Below are positions 1 through 12,500 of a stretch of 64,000 bases of DNA, one piece after another. Source of the stretch: the human T2T-CHM13v2.0 reference genome, Homo sapiens; NCBI RefSeq assembly GCF_009914755.1, contig NC_060946.1; one strand, written 5' to 3'. The notes beneath the pieces are model-generated. The model was not told the origin of the DNA and ran no database searches. It worked only from the letters and a program-made list of their open reading frames with translations. Within the stretch, counting starts at the first letter, position 1; the number at the start of each line of letters is the position of its first letter. The translations under genes and the position numbers were made by a program.

Positions 1-990
1 CACTGCACTGATCAACCAGGTGATATAACTCTTGTATAGGCTCTGCCTACAGGGGGATTGTGACCTACCTCTGCACTGATCACCCAGGTGATATAACTCT
101 TCTCTAGGATCTTCCTACAGGGTACTTTGTGACATATCCCTGCACTGATCACCCATGTGATCTATCTCTGGTCTAAGCTCTGCCTAAAGGGGCTTTGTGA
201 CAGATCTCTGCACTGATCACTCAGGTGATGTAAGTATTGTCTAGGCTCTGCTTCAAGGGGCCTTGTCACATATCTCTGCACTGATCACCCTGGTGATGTA
301 ACTCTTGTCTAGGCTCTACTTCCAGGGCATATTGTGACATATCTATGCACTGATCACCTTACTGATATAACACTTTGGTAGGCTCGGCCTACAGGGGAAT
401 CTTGACATATCTCTGCACTGTTAACCGAGGTGATTTAACTCTTGTCTAGGCTGTGCCCACAGGGGGATTGAGACACATCTCTGCACTGATCCCGAGGTGA
501 TACAACTCTTGCCTGGTCTCTGCCTACTGTGGACATTGTGACATATCTCTGCACTGATCTCCCAGGTGCTGTAACTTTGGTCTAGGCTCTGGCTACACGG
601 CATTGTGACATATCACTGCACTGATCACCCAGGCGATATAACTCTTCTCTAGGATCTGACCACAGGGTGCTTTGTGACATATCCCTGCAATGATCACCCA
701 GGTGATATACCACTTGCCAAGGCTCTGCCTACAGGGGCATTGCAATGTATCTCTGCACTGATCACCTAGGTCTTGTAGCTATTTTCTAGGATCTGCCTAC
801 AGGGTGCTTTGTGACGTGTCCCAGCAAGGATTACCCAGGTGATGTACCTCTCATCAAGGCTCTGCCTACAGGCACATTGTGATGTATCTCTGCACTGATC
901 ACCTAGGTCATGTAAATTTTGTCTAGGCTCTACCTACGATGGCATTGTGACATATCTCTGCACTAATCATCCAAGTGATGTAACTCTTGT
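1..990 (-). repeat. Partial 28-mer-type HOR unit (tail of M14 through M28)
   Basis: Begins with CACTGCACTGATCAACCAGG followed by TGATATAACTCTTGTATAGG (M15), the monomer that marks 28-mer-type units. Confidence 0.85.
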
Positions 991-3509
991 CTAGGATGTG
1001 CCTAAATTAACTTTTTGACATAACCCTGTACTGATCATCCAGGTGATGGAGCTTTTGTCTAGGCTCTGCCTAAGGGGGCATTGTGACATATTTCTGCATT
1101 GATCCCCCAGGTGGCGAACTCTTCTCTCGGATCTGCCTATGGGGACATTGTGAGAAATCTCTGCACTGATCACCCAGGTGATGTAACTGTTGTGTAACCT
1201 CTGCCTACAGGGGAATTGTGAGAGATCTCGCCACTGATTACCCAAGTGATGTAAGCGTTGTCTTGGCTTTGCATACAGGGGGCTTTGTGACATACCTTTG
1301 CACTGATCACTCAGGTGATGTAACACATCTAAGTTCGGCCTAAAGGAGCTTTGTGACATATCTCTGCACTGATCACTTAGGTGATGTAACACTTTTATAA
1401 TCACTGCCTACAGGGAATTTTGACAAATCTCTGCACTGATCACCTAGGTGATGTTACTCTTGTCTACCCTCTGTCCAACGGGGCATGGTGAAATATCTCT
1501 GCACTGATCACCCAGGTGATTCAACTCTTGACTACGAACTGCCTACAGAGGTTATTGTGAAATATCTCTGCACTGATAAACTAAGTGGTGTAACCCTTGT
1601 CCAAGCTCTGCCTACAGGGGCGTTTCCACATATCCCTGAACTGATGACAGAGGTGATGTAACCCGTGCCTAGGCTTTGCCCACAGGGAACATTGGACATA
1701 TATCTGCACTGATCACCCAGGTGATGCAACTCTTGCCTAGGCTTTGCCTACAGGGGACATTGTGACATATCTCTTCAATGATCACTCATGTGATGCATCT
1801 CTTGCCTATGCTTTGCCTACAGGGGACATTGTGACATATCTCTGCACTGATCTCCCAGGTGCTGTAACTTTAGTCTAGGCTCTGGCTACATTGCATTGTG
1901 ACATATCACTGCACTGATCAACCAGGTGATATAACTCTTGTATAGGCTATGCCTACAGGGGGATTGTGACCTACCTCTACACTGATCACCCAGGTGATAT
2001 AACTCTTCTCTAGGATCTGCCTACAGGGTACTTTGTGACATATCCCTGCACTGATCACCCAGGTGATCTAACTCTGGTCTAAGCTCTGCGTAAAGGGGCA
2101 TTGTGACAGATCTCTGCACTGATCCCTCTGGTGATGTAAGTATTGTCTAGGCTCTACTTCAAGGGGCCTTGTCACATATCTCTGCACTGATCACCCAGGT
2201 GATGTAACTCTTGTCTAGGCTCTGCTTCCAGGCCACATTGTGACATATCTATGCACTGATCACCTTAGTGATGTAACACTTTGGTAGGCTCGGCCTACAG
2301 GGGAATCTTGACATATCTCTGCACTGTTAACAGAGGTGATTTAACTCTTGTCTAGGCTGTGCCCACAGGGGGATTGAGACATATCTCTGCACTGATCCCG
2401 AGGTGATACAACTCTTGCCTGCTCTCTGCCTACAGTGGACATTGAGACATATCTCTGCACTGATCTCCCAGGTGCTGTAACTTTAGTGTAGGCTCTGGCT
2501 ACACGGCATTGTGACATATCACTGCACTGATCAACCAGGTGATATAACTCTTGTATAGGCTCTGCCTACAGGGGGATTGTGACCTACCTCTGCACTGATC
2601 ACCCAGGTGATATATCTCTTCTCTAGGATCTGCCTACAGGGTACTTTGTGACATATCCCTGCACTGATCACTCAGGTGATCTAACTCTGGTCTAAGCTCT
2701 GCCTAAAGGGGCATTGTGACAGATCTCTGCACTGATCACTCTGGTGATGTAAGTATTGTCTAGGCTCTGCTTCAAGGGGCCTTGTCACATATCTCTGCAC
2801 TGATCACCCAGGTGATGTAACTCTTGTCTAGGCTCTGCTTCCAGGGCATATTGTGATATATCTATGCACTGATCACCTTAGTGATGTAACACTTTGGTAG
2901 GCTCGGCCTACAGGGGAATCTTTACATATCTCTGCACTGTTAACCGAGGTGATTTAACTCTTGTCTAGGCTGTGCCCACAGGGGGATTGAGACATATCTC
3001 TGCACTGATCCCGAGGTGATACAACTCTTGCCTTGTCTCTGCCTAGTGTGGACATAGTGATATATCTCTGAACTGATCTCCCCGGTGCTGTAACTTTAGT
3101 CTGGGCTCCGGCTACATGGCATTGTGACATATCACTGCACTGATCACCCAGGCGATATAACTCTTCTCTACGATCTGACCACAGGGTGCTTTGTGACATA
3201 TCCCTGCAATGATCACCCAGGTGATATACCACTTGCCAAGGCTCTGCCTACAGGGGCATTGCAATGTATCTCTGCACTGATCACCTAGGTCTTGTAGCTA
3301 TTTTCTAGGATCTGCCTACCGGGTGCTTTGTGACGTGTCCCAGCAAGGATTACCCAGGTGATGTACCTCTCATCAAGGCTCTGCCTACAGGCACATTGTG
3401 ATGTATCTCTGCACTGATCACCTCGGTCATGTAACTTTTTTCTAGGCTCTACCTACGATGGCATTGTGACATATCTCTGCACTAATCATCCAAGTGATGT
3501 AACACTTGT
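991..3509 (-). repeat. 37-monomer HOR variant (28-mer plus a 9-monomer tandem duplication)
   Basis: Landmark spacing 991 to 3510 = 2519 bp = 1906 + 613. M14-M22 occur twice, at 1860-2472 and 2473-3085. Confidence 0.9.
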
Positions 3510-6500
3510 CTAGGATGTGCCTAAATTAACTTTTTGACATAACCCTGTACTGATCATCCAGGTGATGGAGCTTTTGTCTAGGCTCTGCCTAAGGGGGCAT
3601 TGTGACATATTTCTGCATTGATCACCCAGGTGGCGAACTCTTCTCTCGGATCTGCCTATGGGGGCATTGTGAGAAATCTCTGCACTGATCACCCAGGTGA
3701 TGTAACTGTTGTGTAACCTCTGCCTACAGGGGAATTGTGAGAGATCTCGTCACTGATTACCCAAGTGATGTAACCATTGTCTAGGCTTTGCGTACAGTGG
3801 GCTTTGTGACATACCTTTGCACTGATCACCCAGGTGATGTAACACATCTATGTTCGGCCTAAAGGAGCTTTGTGACATATCTCTGCACTGATCACTTAGG
3901 TGATGTAACACTTTTATAATCACTGCCTACAGGGAATTTTGACAAATCTCTGCACTGATCACCTAGGTGATGTAACTCTTGTCTAACCTCTGTCCAACGG
4001 GGCATTGTGAAATGTCTCTGCACTGATCACCCAGGTGATTCAACTCTTGACTAGGAACTGCCTACAGAGGTTATTGTGAATTATCTCTGCCCTGGTAAAC
4101 TAGGTGGTGTAACCCTTGTCCAAGCTCTGCCTACAGGGGCGTTTCCACATATCCCTGAACTGATGACAAAGGTGATGTAACACTTGCCTAGGCTTCGCCT
4201 ACAGGGAACATTGGACATATATCTGCACTGATCACCCAAGTGATGCAACTCTTGCCTAGGCTTTGCCTGCAGGGGACATTGTGACATATCTCTTCAATGA
4301 TCACTCATGTGATGCATCTCTTGCCTAGGCTTTGCCTACAGGGGACATTGTGACATATCTCTGCACTGATCTCCCAGGGGCTGTAACTTTATTCTAGGCT
4401 CTGGCTACACGGCATTGTGACCTACCTCTGCACTGATCACCCAGGTGATATAACTCTTCTCTAGGATCTGCCTACAGGGTACTTTGTGACATATCCCTGC
4501 ACTGATCACCCAGGTGATCTAACTCTGGTCTAAGCTCTGCCTAAAGGAGCACTGTGACAGATCTCTGCACTGATCACTCTGGTGATGTAAGTATTCTCTA
4601 GGCTCTGCTTCAAGGGGCCTTGTCACATATCTCTGCAGTGATGACCCAGGTGATGTAACTCTTGTCTAGACTCTGATTCCAGGGCATATTGTGACATATC
4701 TACGCACTGGTCACCTTAGTGATGTAACACTTTGGTAGGCTCGGCCTACAGGGGAATCTTGACATATCTCTGCACTGTTAACCGAGGTGATTTAACTCTT
4801 GTCTAGTCTGTGCCCACAGGGGTATTGAGACATATCTCTGCACTGATCCCGAGGTGATACAAGTCTTGCCTGGTCTCTGCCTACTGTGGACATTGGGACA
4901 TATCTCCGCACTGATCTCCCAGGTGCTGTAACTTTAGACTAGGCTCTGGCTACACGGCATTGTGACATATCACTGCACTGATCACCCAGGCGATATAACT
5001 CTTCTCTAGGATCTGACCACAGGGTGCTTTGTGACATATCCCTGCAATGATCACCCAGGTGATATACCACTGGCCAAGGCTCTGCCTACAGGGGCATTGC
5101 AATGTATCTCTGCACTGATCACCTAGGTCCTGTAGCTATTTTCTAGGATCTGCCTACAGGGTGCTTTGTGACGTGTCCCAGGAAGGATTACCCAGGTGAT
5201 GTACCTCTCATCAAGGCTCTGCCTACAGGCACATTTTGATGTATCTCTGCACTGATTACCTAGGTCATGTAACTTTTTTCTAGGCTCTACCTACGATGGC
5301 ATTGTGACATATCTCTGCACTAATCATCCAAGTGATGTAACTCTTGTCTAGGATGTGCCTAAATTAACTTTTTGACATAACCCTGTACTGATCATCCAGG
5401 TGATGGAGCTTTTGTCTAGGCTCTGCCTAAGGGGGCATTGTGACATATTTCTGCATTGATCACCCAGGTGGCGAACTCTTCTCTCGGATCTGCCTATGGG
5501 GGCATTGTGAGAAATCTCTGCACTGATCACCCAGGTGATGTAACTGTTGTGTAACCTCTGCCTACAGGGGAATTGTGAGAGATCTCGTCACTGATTACCC
5601 AAGTGATGTAACCATGGTCTAGGCTTTGCGTACAGGGGGCTTTGTGACATACCTTTGCACTGATTACCCGGGTGATGTAACACATGTAAGTTCGGCCTAA
5701 AGGAGCCTTGTGACATATCTCCGCAGTAATCACTTAGGTGATTTAACACTTTTATAATCACTGCCTACAGGGAAATTTGACAAATCTCTGCACTGATCAC
5801 CTAGGTTATGTAACTCTTGTCTACCCTCTGTCCAACCGGGCATTGTGAAATGTCTCTGCACTGATCACCCAGGTGATTCAACTCTTGACTAGGAACTGCC
5901 TACAGAGGTTATTGTGAAATATCTCTGCACTGATAAACTAGGTGGTGTAACCCTTGTCCAAGCTCTGCCTACAGGGGCGTTTCCACATATCCCTGAACTG
6001 GTGACAAAGGTGATGTAACCCTTGCCTAGGCTTTGCCTACAGGGAACATTGGACAAATATCTGCACTGATCACCCAGGTGATGCAACTCTTGCCTAGGCT
6101 TTGCCTACAGGGGACATTGTGACATATCTCTTCAATGATCACTCATGTGATGCATCTCTTACCTAGGCTTTGCCTACAGGGGACATTGTGACATATCTCT
6201 GCACTGATCTCCCAGGTGCTGTAACTTTAGTCTAGACTCTGGCTACACGGCATTGTGACCTACATCTGCACTGATCACCCAGGTGATATAACTCTTCTCT
6301 AGGATCTGCCTACAGGGTACTTTGTGACATATCCCTGCACTTATCACCCAGGTGATCTAACTCTGGTCTAAGCTCTGCCTAAAGGAGCATTGTGACAGAT
6401 CTCTGCACTGATCACTCTGGTGATGTAAGTATTGTCTAGGCTCTGCTTCAAGGGGCCTTGTCACATATCTCTGCACTGATCACCCAGGTGATGTAACTCT

Positions 6501-9500
6501 TGTCTAGGCTCTGCTTCCAGGGCATATTGTGACATATCTATGCACTGATCACCTTAGTGATGTAACACTTTGGTAGGCTCGGCCTACAGGGGAATCTTGA
6601 CATATCTCTGCACTGTTAACCGAGGTGATTTAACTCTTGTCTAGGCTGTGCCCACAGGGGGATTGAGACATATCTCTGCACTGATCCCGAGGTGATACAA
6701 CTCTTGCCTGGTCTCTGCCTACTGTGGACATTGAGACATATCTCTGCACTGATCTCCCAGGTGCTGTAACTTTAGTCTAGGCTCTGGCTACAAGGCATTG
6801 TGACATATCACTGCACTGATCACCCAGGCGATATATCTCTTCTCTAGGATCTGACCACAGGGTGCTTTTTGACATATCCCTGCAATGATCACCCAGGTGA
6901 TATACCACTTGCCAAGGCTCTGCCTACAGGGGCATTGCAATGTATCTCTGCACTGATCTCCTAGGTCTTGTAGCTATTTTCTAGGATCTGCCTACAGGGT
7001 GCTTTGTGACGTGTCCCAGGAAGGATTACCCAGGTGATGTACCTCTCAACAAGGCTCTGCCTACAGGCACATTGTGATGTATCTCTGCACTGATCACCTA
7101 GGTCATGTAACTTTTTTCTAGGCTCTACCTACGATGTCATTGTGACATATCTCTGCACTAATCATCCAAGTGATGTAACTCTTGTCTAGGATGTGCCTAA
7201 ATTAACTTTTTGACATAACCCTGTACTGATCATCCAGGTGATGGAGCTTTTGTCTAGGCTCTGCCTAAGGGGGCATTGTGACATATTTCTGCATTGATCA
7301 CCCAGGTGGCAAACTCTTCTCTCGGATCTGCCTATGGGGGCATTGTGAGAAATCTCTGCACTGATCACCCAGGTGATGTAACTGTTGTGTAACCTCTGCC
7401 TACAGGGGAATTGTGAGAGATCTCGTCACTTATTACCCAAGTGATGTAACCATTGTCTAGGCTTTGCGTACAGGGGGCTTTGTGACATACCTTTGCACTG
7501 ATCACCCAGGTGATGTAACACATCTAAGTTCGGCCTAAAGGAGCTTTGTGACATAAATCTGCACTGATCACTTAGGTGATGTAACACTTTTATAATCACT
7601 GCCTACAGGGAATTTTGACAAATCTCTGCACTGATCACCTAGGTGATGTAACTCTTGTCTAACCTCTGTCCAACGGGGCATTGTGAAATGTCTCTACACT
7701 GATCACCCAGGTGATTCAACTCTTGACTAGGAACTGCCTACAGAGGTTATTGTGAAATATCTCTGCACTGATAAACTAGGTGGTGTAACCCTTGTCAAAG
7801 CTCTGCCTACAGGGTCGTTTCCACATATCCCTGAATTGATGACAAAGGTGATGTAACCCTTGCCTAGGCTTTGCCTACAGGGAATATTGGACATATATCT
7901 GCACTGATCACCCAGGTGATGCAACTCTTGCCTAGGCTTTGCCTACAGGGGACATTGTGACATATCTCTGAACTGATCTCCCAGGTGCTGTAACTTTCGT
8001 CTAGGCTCTGGCTACATGGCATTGTGACATATCACTGCACTGATAAACCAGGTGATATAACTCTTGTATAGGCTCTGCCTACAGGGGGATTGTGACCTAC
8101 CTCTGCACTGATCACCCAGGTGATATAACTCCTCCCTAGGATCTGCCTACAGGGTACTTTGTGACATATCCCTGCACTGATCACCCAGGTGATCTAACTC
8201 TGGTCTAAGCTCTGCCTAAAGGGGCATTGTGACAGATCTCTGCACTGATCACTCTGGTGATGTAAGTATTGTCTAGGCTCTGCTTCAAGGGGCCTTGTCA
8301 CATATCTCTGCACTGATCACCCAGGTGATGTAACTCTTGTCTAGGCTCTGCTTCCAGGGCATATTGTGACATATCTATGCACTGATCACCTTAGTGATGT
8401 AACACTTTGGTAGGCTCGGCCTACAGGGGAATCTTGACATATCTCTGCACTGTTAACCGAGGTGATTTAACTCTTGACTAGGCTGTGCCCACAGGGGGAT
8501 TGATACATATCTCTGCACTGATCCCGAGGTGATACAACTCTTGCCTGGTCTCTGCCTACTGTGGACATTGTGACATATCTCTGCACTGATCTCCCAGGTG
8601 CTGTAACTTTAGTCTAGGCTCTGGCTACATGGCATTGTGACATATCACTGCACTGATCACCCAGGCGATATAACTCTTCTGAAGGATCTGACCACAGGGT
8701 GCTTTGTAACATATCCCTGCAATGATCACCCAGGTGATATACCACTTGCCAAGGCTCTGCCTACAGGGGCATTGCAATGTATCTCTGCACTGATCACCTA
8801 GGTCTTGTAGCTATTTTCTAGTATCTGCCTACAGGGTGCTTTGTGACGTGTCCCAGCAAGGATTACCCAGGTGATGTACCTCTCATCAAGGCTCTGCCTA
8901 CAGGCACATTGTGATGTATCTCTGCACTGATCACCTCGGTCATGTAACTTTTTTCTAGGCTCTACCTACGATAGCATTGTTACATATCTCGGCACTAATC
9001 ATCCAAGAGATGTAAAACTTGTCTAGGATGTGCCTAAATTAACTTTTTGACATAACCCTGTACTGATCATCCAGGTGATGGAGCTTTTGTCTAGGCTCTG
9101 CCTAAGGGGGCATTGTGACATATTTCTGCATTGATCCCCCAGGTGGCGAACTCTTCTCTCGGATCTGCCTATGGGTGCATTGTGAGAAATCTCTGCACTG
9201 ATCATCCAGGTGATGTAACTGTTGTGTAACCTCTGCCTACAGGGGAATTGTGAGAGATCTCGTCACTGATTACCCAAGTGATGTAACCATTGTCTAGGCT
9301 TTGCGTACAGGGGGCTTTGTGACATACCTTTGCACTGATCACCCAGGTGATGTAACACATCTAAGTTCGGCCTAAAGGAGCTTTGTGACATATCTCTGCA
9401 CTGATCACTTAGGTGATGTAACACTTTTATAATCACTGCCTACAGGGAATTTTGACAAATCTCTGCACTGATCACCTAGGTGATGTAACTCTTGTCTACC

Positions 9501-12500
9501 CTCTGTCCAACGGGGCACTGTGAAATATCTCTGCACTGATCACCCAGGTGATTCAACTCTTGACTAGGAACTGCCTACAGAGGATATTGTGAAATATCTC
9601 TGCACTGATAAACTAGGTGGTGTAACCCTTGTCCAAGCTCTGCCTACAGGGGCGTTTCCACATATCCCTGAACTGATGACAAAGGTGATGTAACACTTGC
9701 CTAGGCTTTGCCTACAGGGAACATGGGACATATATCTGCACTGATCACCCAAGTGATGCAACTCTTGCCTAGGCTTTGCCTACAGGGGACATTGTGACAT
9801 ATCTCTTCAATGATCACTCATGTGATGCATCTCTTGCCTAGGCTTTGCCTACAGGGGACATTGTGACATATCTCTCTACTGATCTCCCAGGTGCTGTAAC
9901 TTTAGTCTAGGCTCTGGCTACACGGCATTGTGACCTACCTCTGCACTGATCACCCAGGTGATATAACTCTTCTCTAGGATCTGCCTACAGGGTACTTTGT
10001 GACATATCCCTGCACTGATCACCCAGGTGATCTAACTCTGGTCTAAGCTCTGCCTAAAGGGGCATTGTGACAGATCTCTGCACTGATCACTCTGGTGATG
10101 TAAGTATTGTCTAGGCTCTGCTTCAAGGGGCCTTGTCACATATCTCTGCACTGATCACCCAGGTGAAGTAATTCTTGTCTAGGCTCTGCTTCCAGGGCAT
10201 ATTGTGACATATCTATGCACTGATCACCTTAGTGATGTAACACTTTGGTAGGCTCGGCCTACAGGGGAATCTTGACATATCTCTGCACTGTTAACCGAGG
10301 TGATTTAACTCTTGTCTAGGCTGTGCCCACAGGGGGATTGAGACATATCTCTGCACTGATCCCGAGGTGATACAACTCTTGCCTGGTCTCTGCCTACTGT
10401 GGACATTGTGACATATCTCTGCACTGATCTCCCAGGTGCTGTAACTTTAGTCTAGGCTCTGGCTACATGGCATTGTGACATATCACTGCACTGATCACCC
10501 AGGCGATATAACTCTTCTGTAGGATCTGACCACAGGGTGCTTTGTGACATAACCCTGCAATGATCACCCAGGTGATATACCACTTGCCAAGGCTCTGCCT
10601 ACAGGGGCATTGCAATGTATCTCTGCACTGATCACCTAGGTCTTGTAGCTATTTTCTAGGATCTGCCTACAGGGTGTTTTGTGACGTGTCCCAGCAAGGA
10701 TTACCCAGGTGATGTACCTTTCATCAAGGCTCTGCCTACAGGCACATAGTGGTGTATCTCTGCACTGATCACCTCGGTCATGTAACTTTTTTCTAGGCTC
10801 TACCTACGATGGCATTGTGACATATCTCGGCACTAATCATCCAAGTGATGTAAATCTTGTCTAGGATGTGCCTAAATTAACTTTTTGACATAACCCTGTA
10901 CTGATCATCCAGGTGATGGAGCTTTTGTCTAGGCTCTGCCTAAGGGGGCATTGTGACATATTTCTGCATTGATCACCCAGGTGGCGAACACTTCTCTCGG
11001 ATCTGCCTATGGGGGCATTGTGAGAAATCTCTGCACTGATCACCCAGGTGATGTAACTGTTGTGTAACCTCTGCCTACAGGGGAATTGTGAGAGATCTCG
11101 TCACTGATTACCCAAGTGATGTAACCATTGTCTAGGCTTTGCGTACAGGGTGCTTTGTGACATACCTTTGCACTGATCACCCAGGTGATGTAACACATCT
11201 AAGTTCGGCCTAAAGGAGCTTTGTGACATATCTCTGCACTGATCACTTAGGTGATGTAACACTTTTATAATCACTGCCTACAGGGAATTTTGACAAATCT
11301 CTGCACTGATCACCTAGGTGATGTAACTCTTGTCTACCCTCTGTCCAACGGGGCACTGTGAAATATCTCTGCACTGATCACCCAGGTGATTCAACTCTTG
11401 ACTAGGAACTGCCTACAGAGGTTATTGTGAAATATCTCTGCACTGATAAACTAGGTGGTGTAACCCTTGTCCAAGCTCTGCCTACAGGGGCGTTTCCACA
11501 TATCCCTGAACTGATGACAAAGGTGATGTAACACTTGCCTAGGCTTTGCCTACAGGGAACATTGGGCATATATCTGCACTGATCACCCAAGTGATGCAAC
11601 TCTTGCCTAGGCTTTGCCTACAGGGGACATTGTGACATATCTCTTCAATGATCACTCACGTGATGCATCTCTTGCCTAGGCTTTGCCTACAGGGGACATT
11701 GTGACATATCTCTGCACTGATCTCCCAGGTGCTGTAACTTTATTCTAGGCTCTGGCTACACGGCATTGTGACCTACCTCTGCAATGATCACCCAGGTGAT
11801 ATAACTCTTCTCTAGGATCTGCCTACAGGGTACTTTGTGACATATCCCTGCACTGATCACCCAGGTGATCTAACTCTGGTCTAAGCTCTGCCTAAAGGGG
11901 CATTGTGACAGATCTCTGCACTGATCACTCTGGTGATGTAAGTATTGTCTAGGCTCTGCTTCAAGGGGCCTTGTCACATATCTCTGCACTGATCACCCAG
12001 GTGATGTAACTCTTGTCTAGGCTCTGCTTCCAGGGCATATTGTGACATATCTATGCACTGATCACCTTAGTGGTGTAACACTTTGGTAGGCTCGGCCTAC
12101 AGGGGAATCTTGACATATCTCTGCACTGTTAACCGAGGTGATTTAACTCTTGTCTAGGCTGTGCCCACAGAGAGATTGAGACATATCTCTGCACTGATCC
12201 CGAGGTGATACAACTCTTGCCTGGTCTCTGCCTACTGTGGACATTGAGACATATCTCTGCACTGATCTCCCAGGTGCTGTAACTTTAGTCTAGGCTCTGG
12301 CTACACGGCATTGTGACATATCACTGCACTGATCACCCAGGCGATATATCTCTTCTCTAGGATCTGACCACAGGGTGCTTTGTGACATATCCCTGCAATG
12401 ATCACACAGGTGATATACCACTTGCCAAGGCTCTGCCTACAGGGGCATTGCAATGTATCTCTGCACTGATCACCTAGGTCTTGTAGCTATTTTCTAGGAT

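Noticed and set aside
1396-1401. TATAAT (bacterial -10-like) with TTGACA hexamers nearby
   Set aside because: The nearest TTGACA lies downstream of TATAAT, which is the wrong order, and the context is eukaryotic satellite.
991-3509. Equating the 2519-bp unit with the ~2.5-kb beta-satellite HOR I recall from early literature
   Set aside because: It is a single derived variant here, and similar length alone is not evidence of identity. A direct sequence comparison would be needed.
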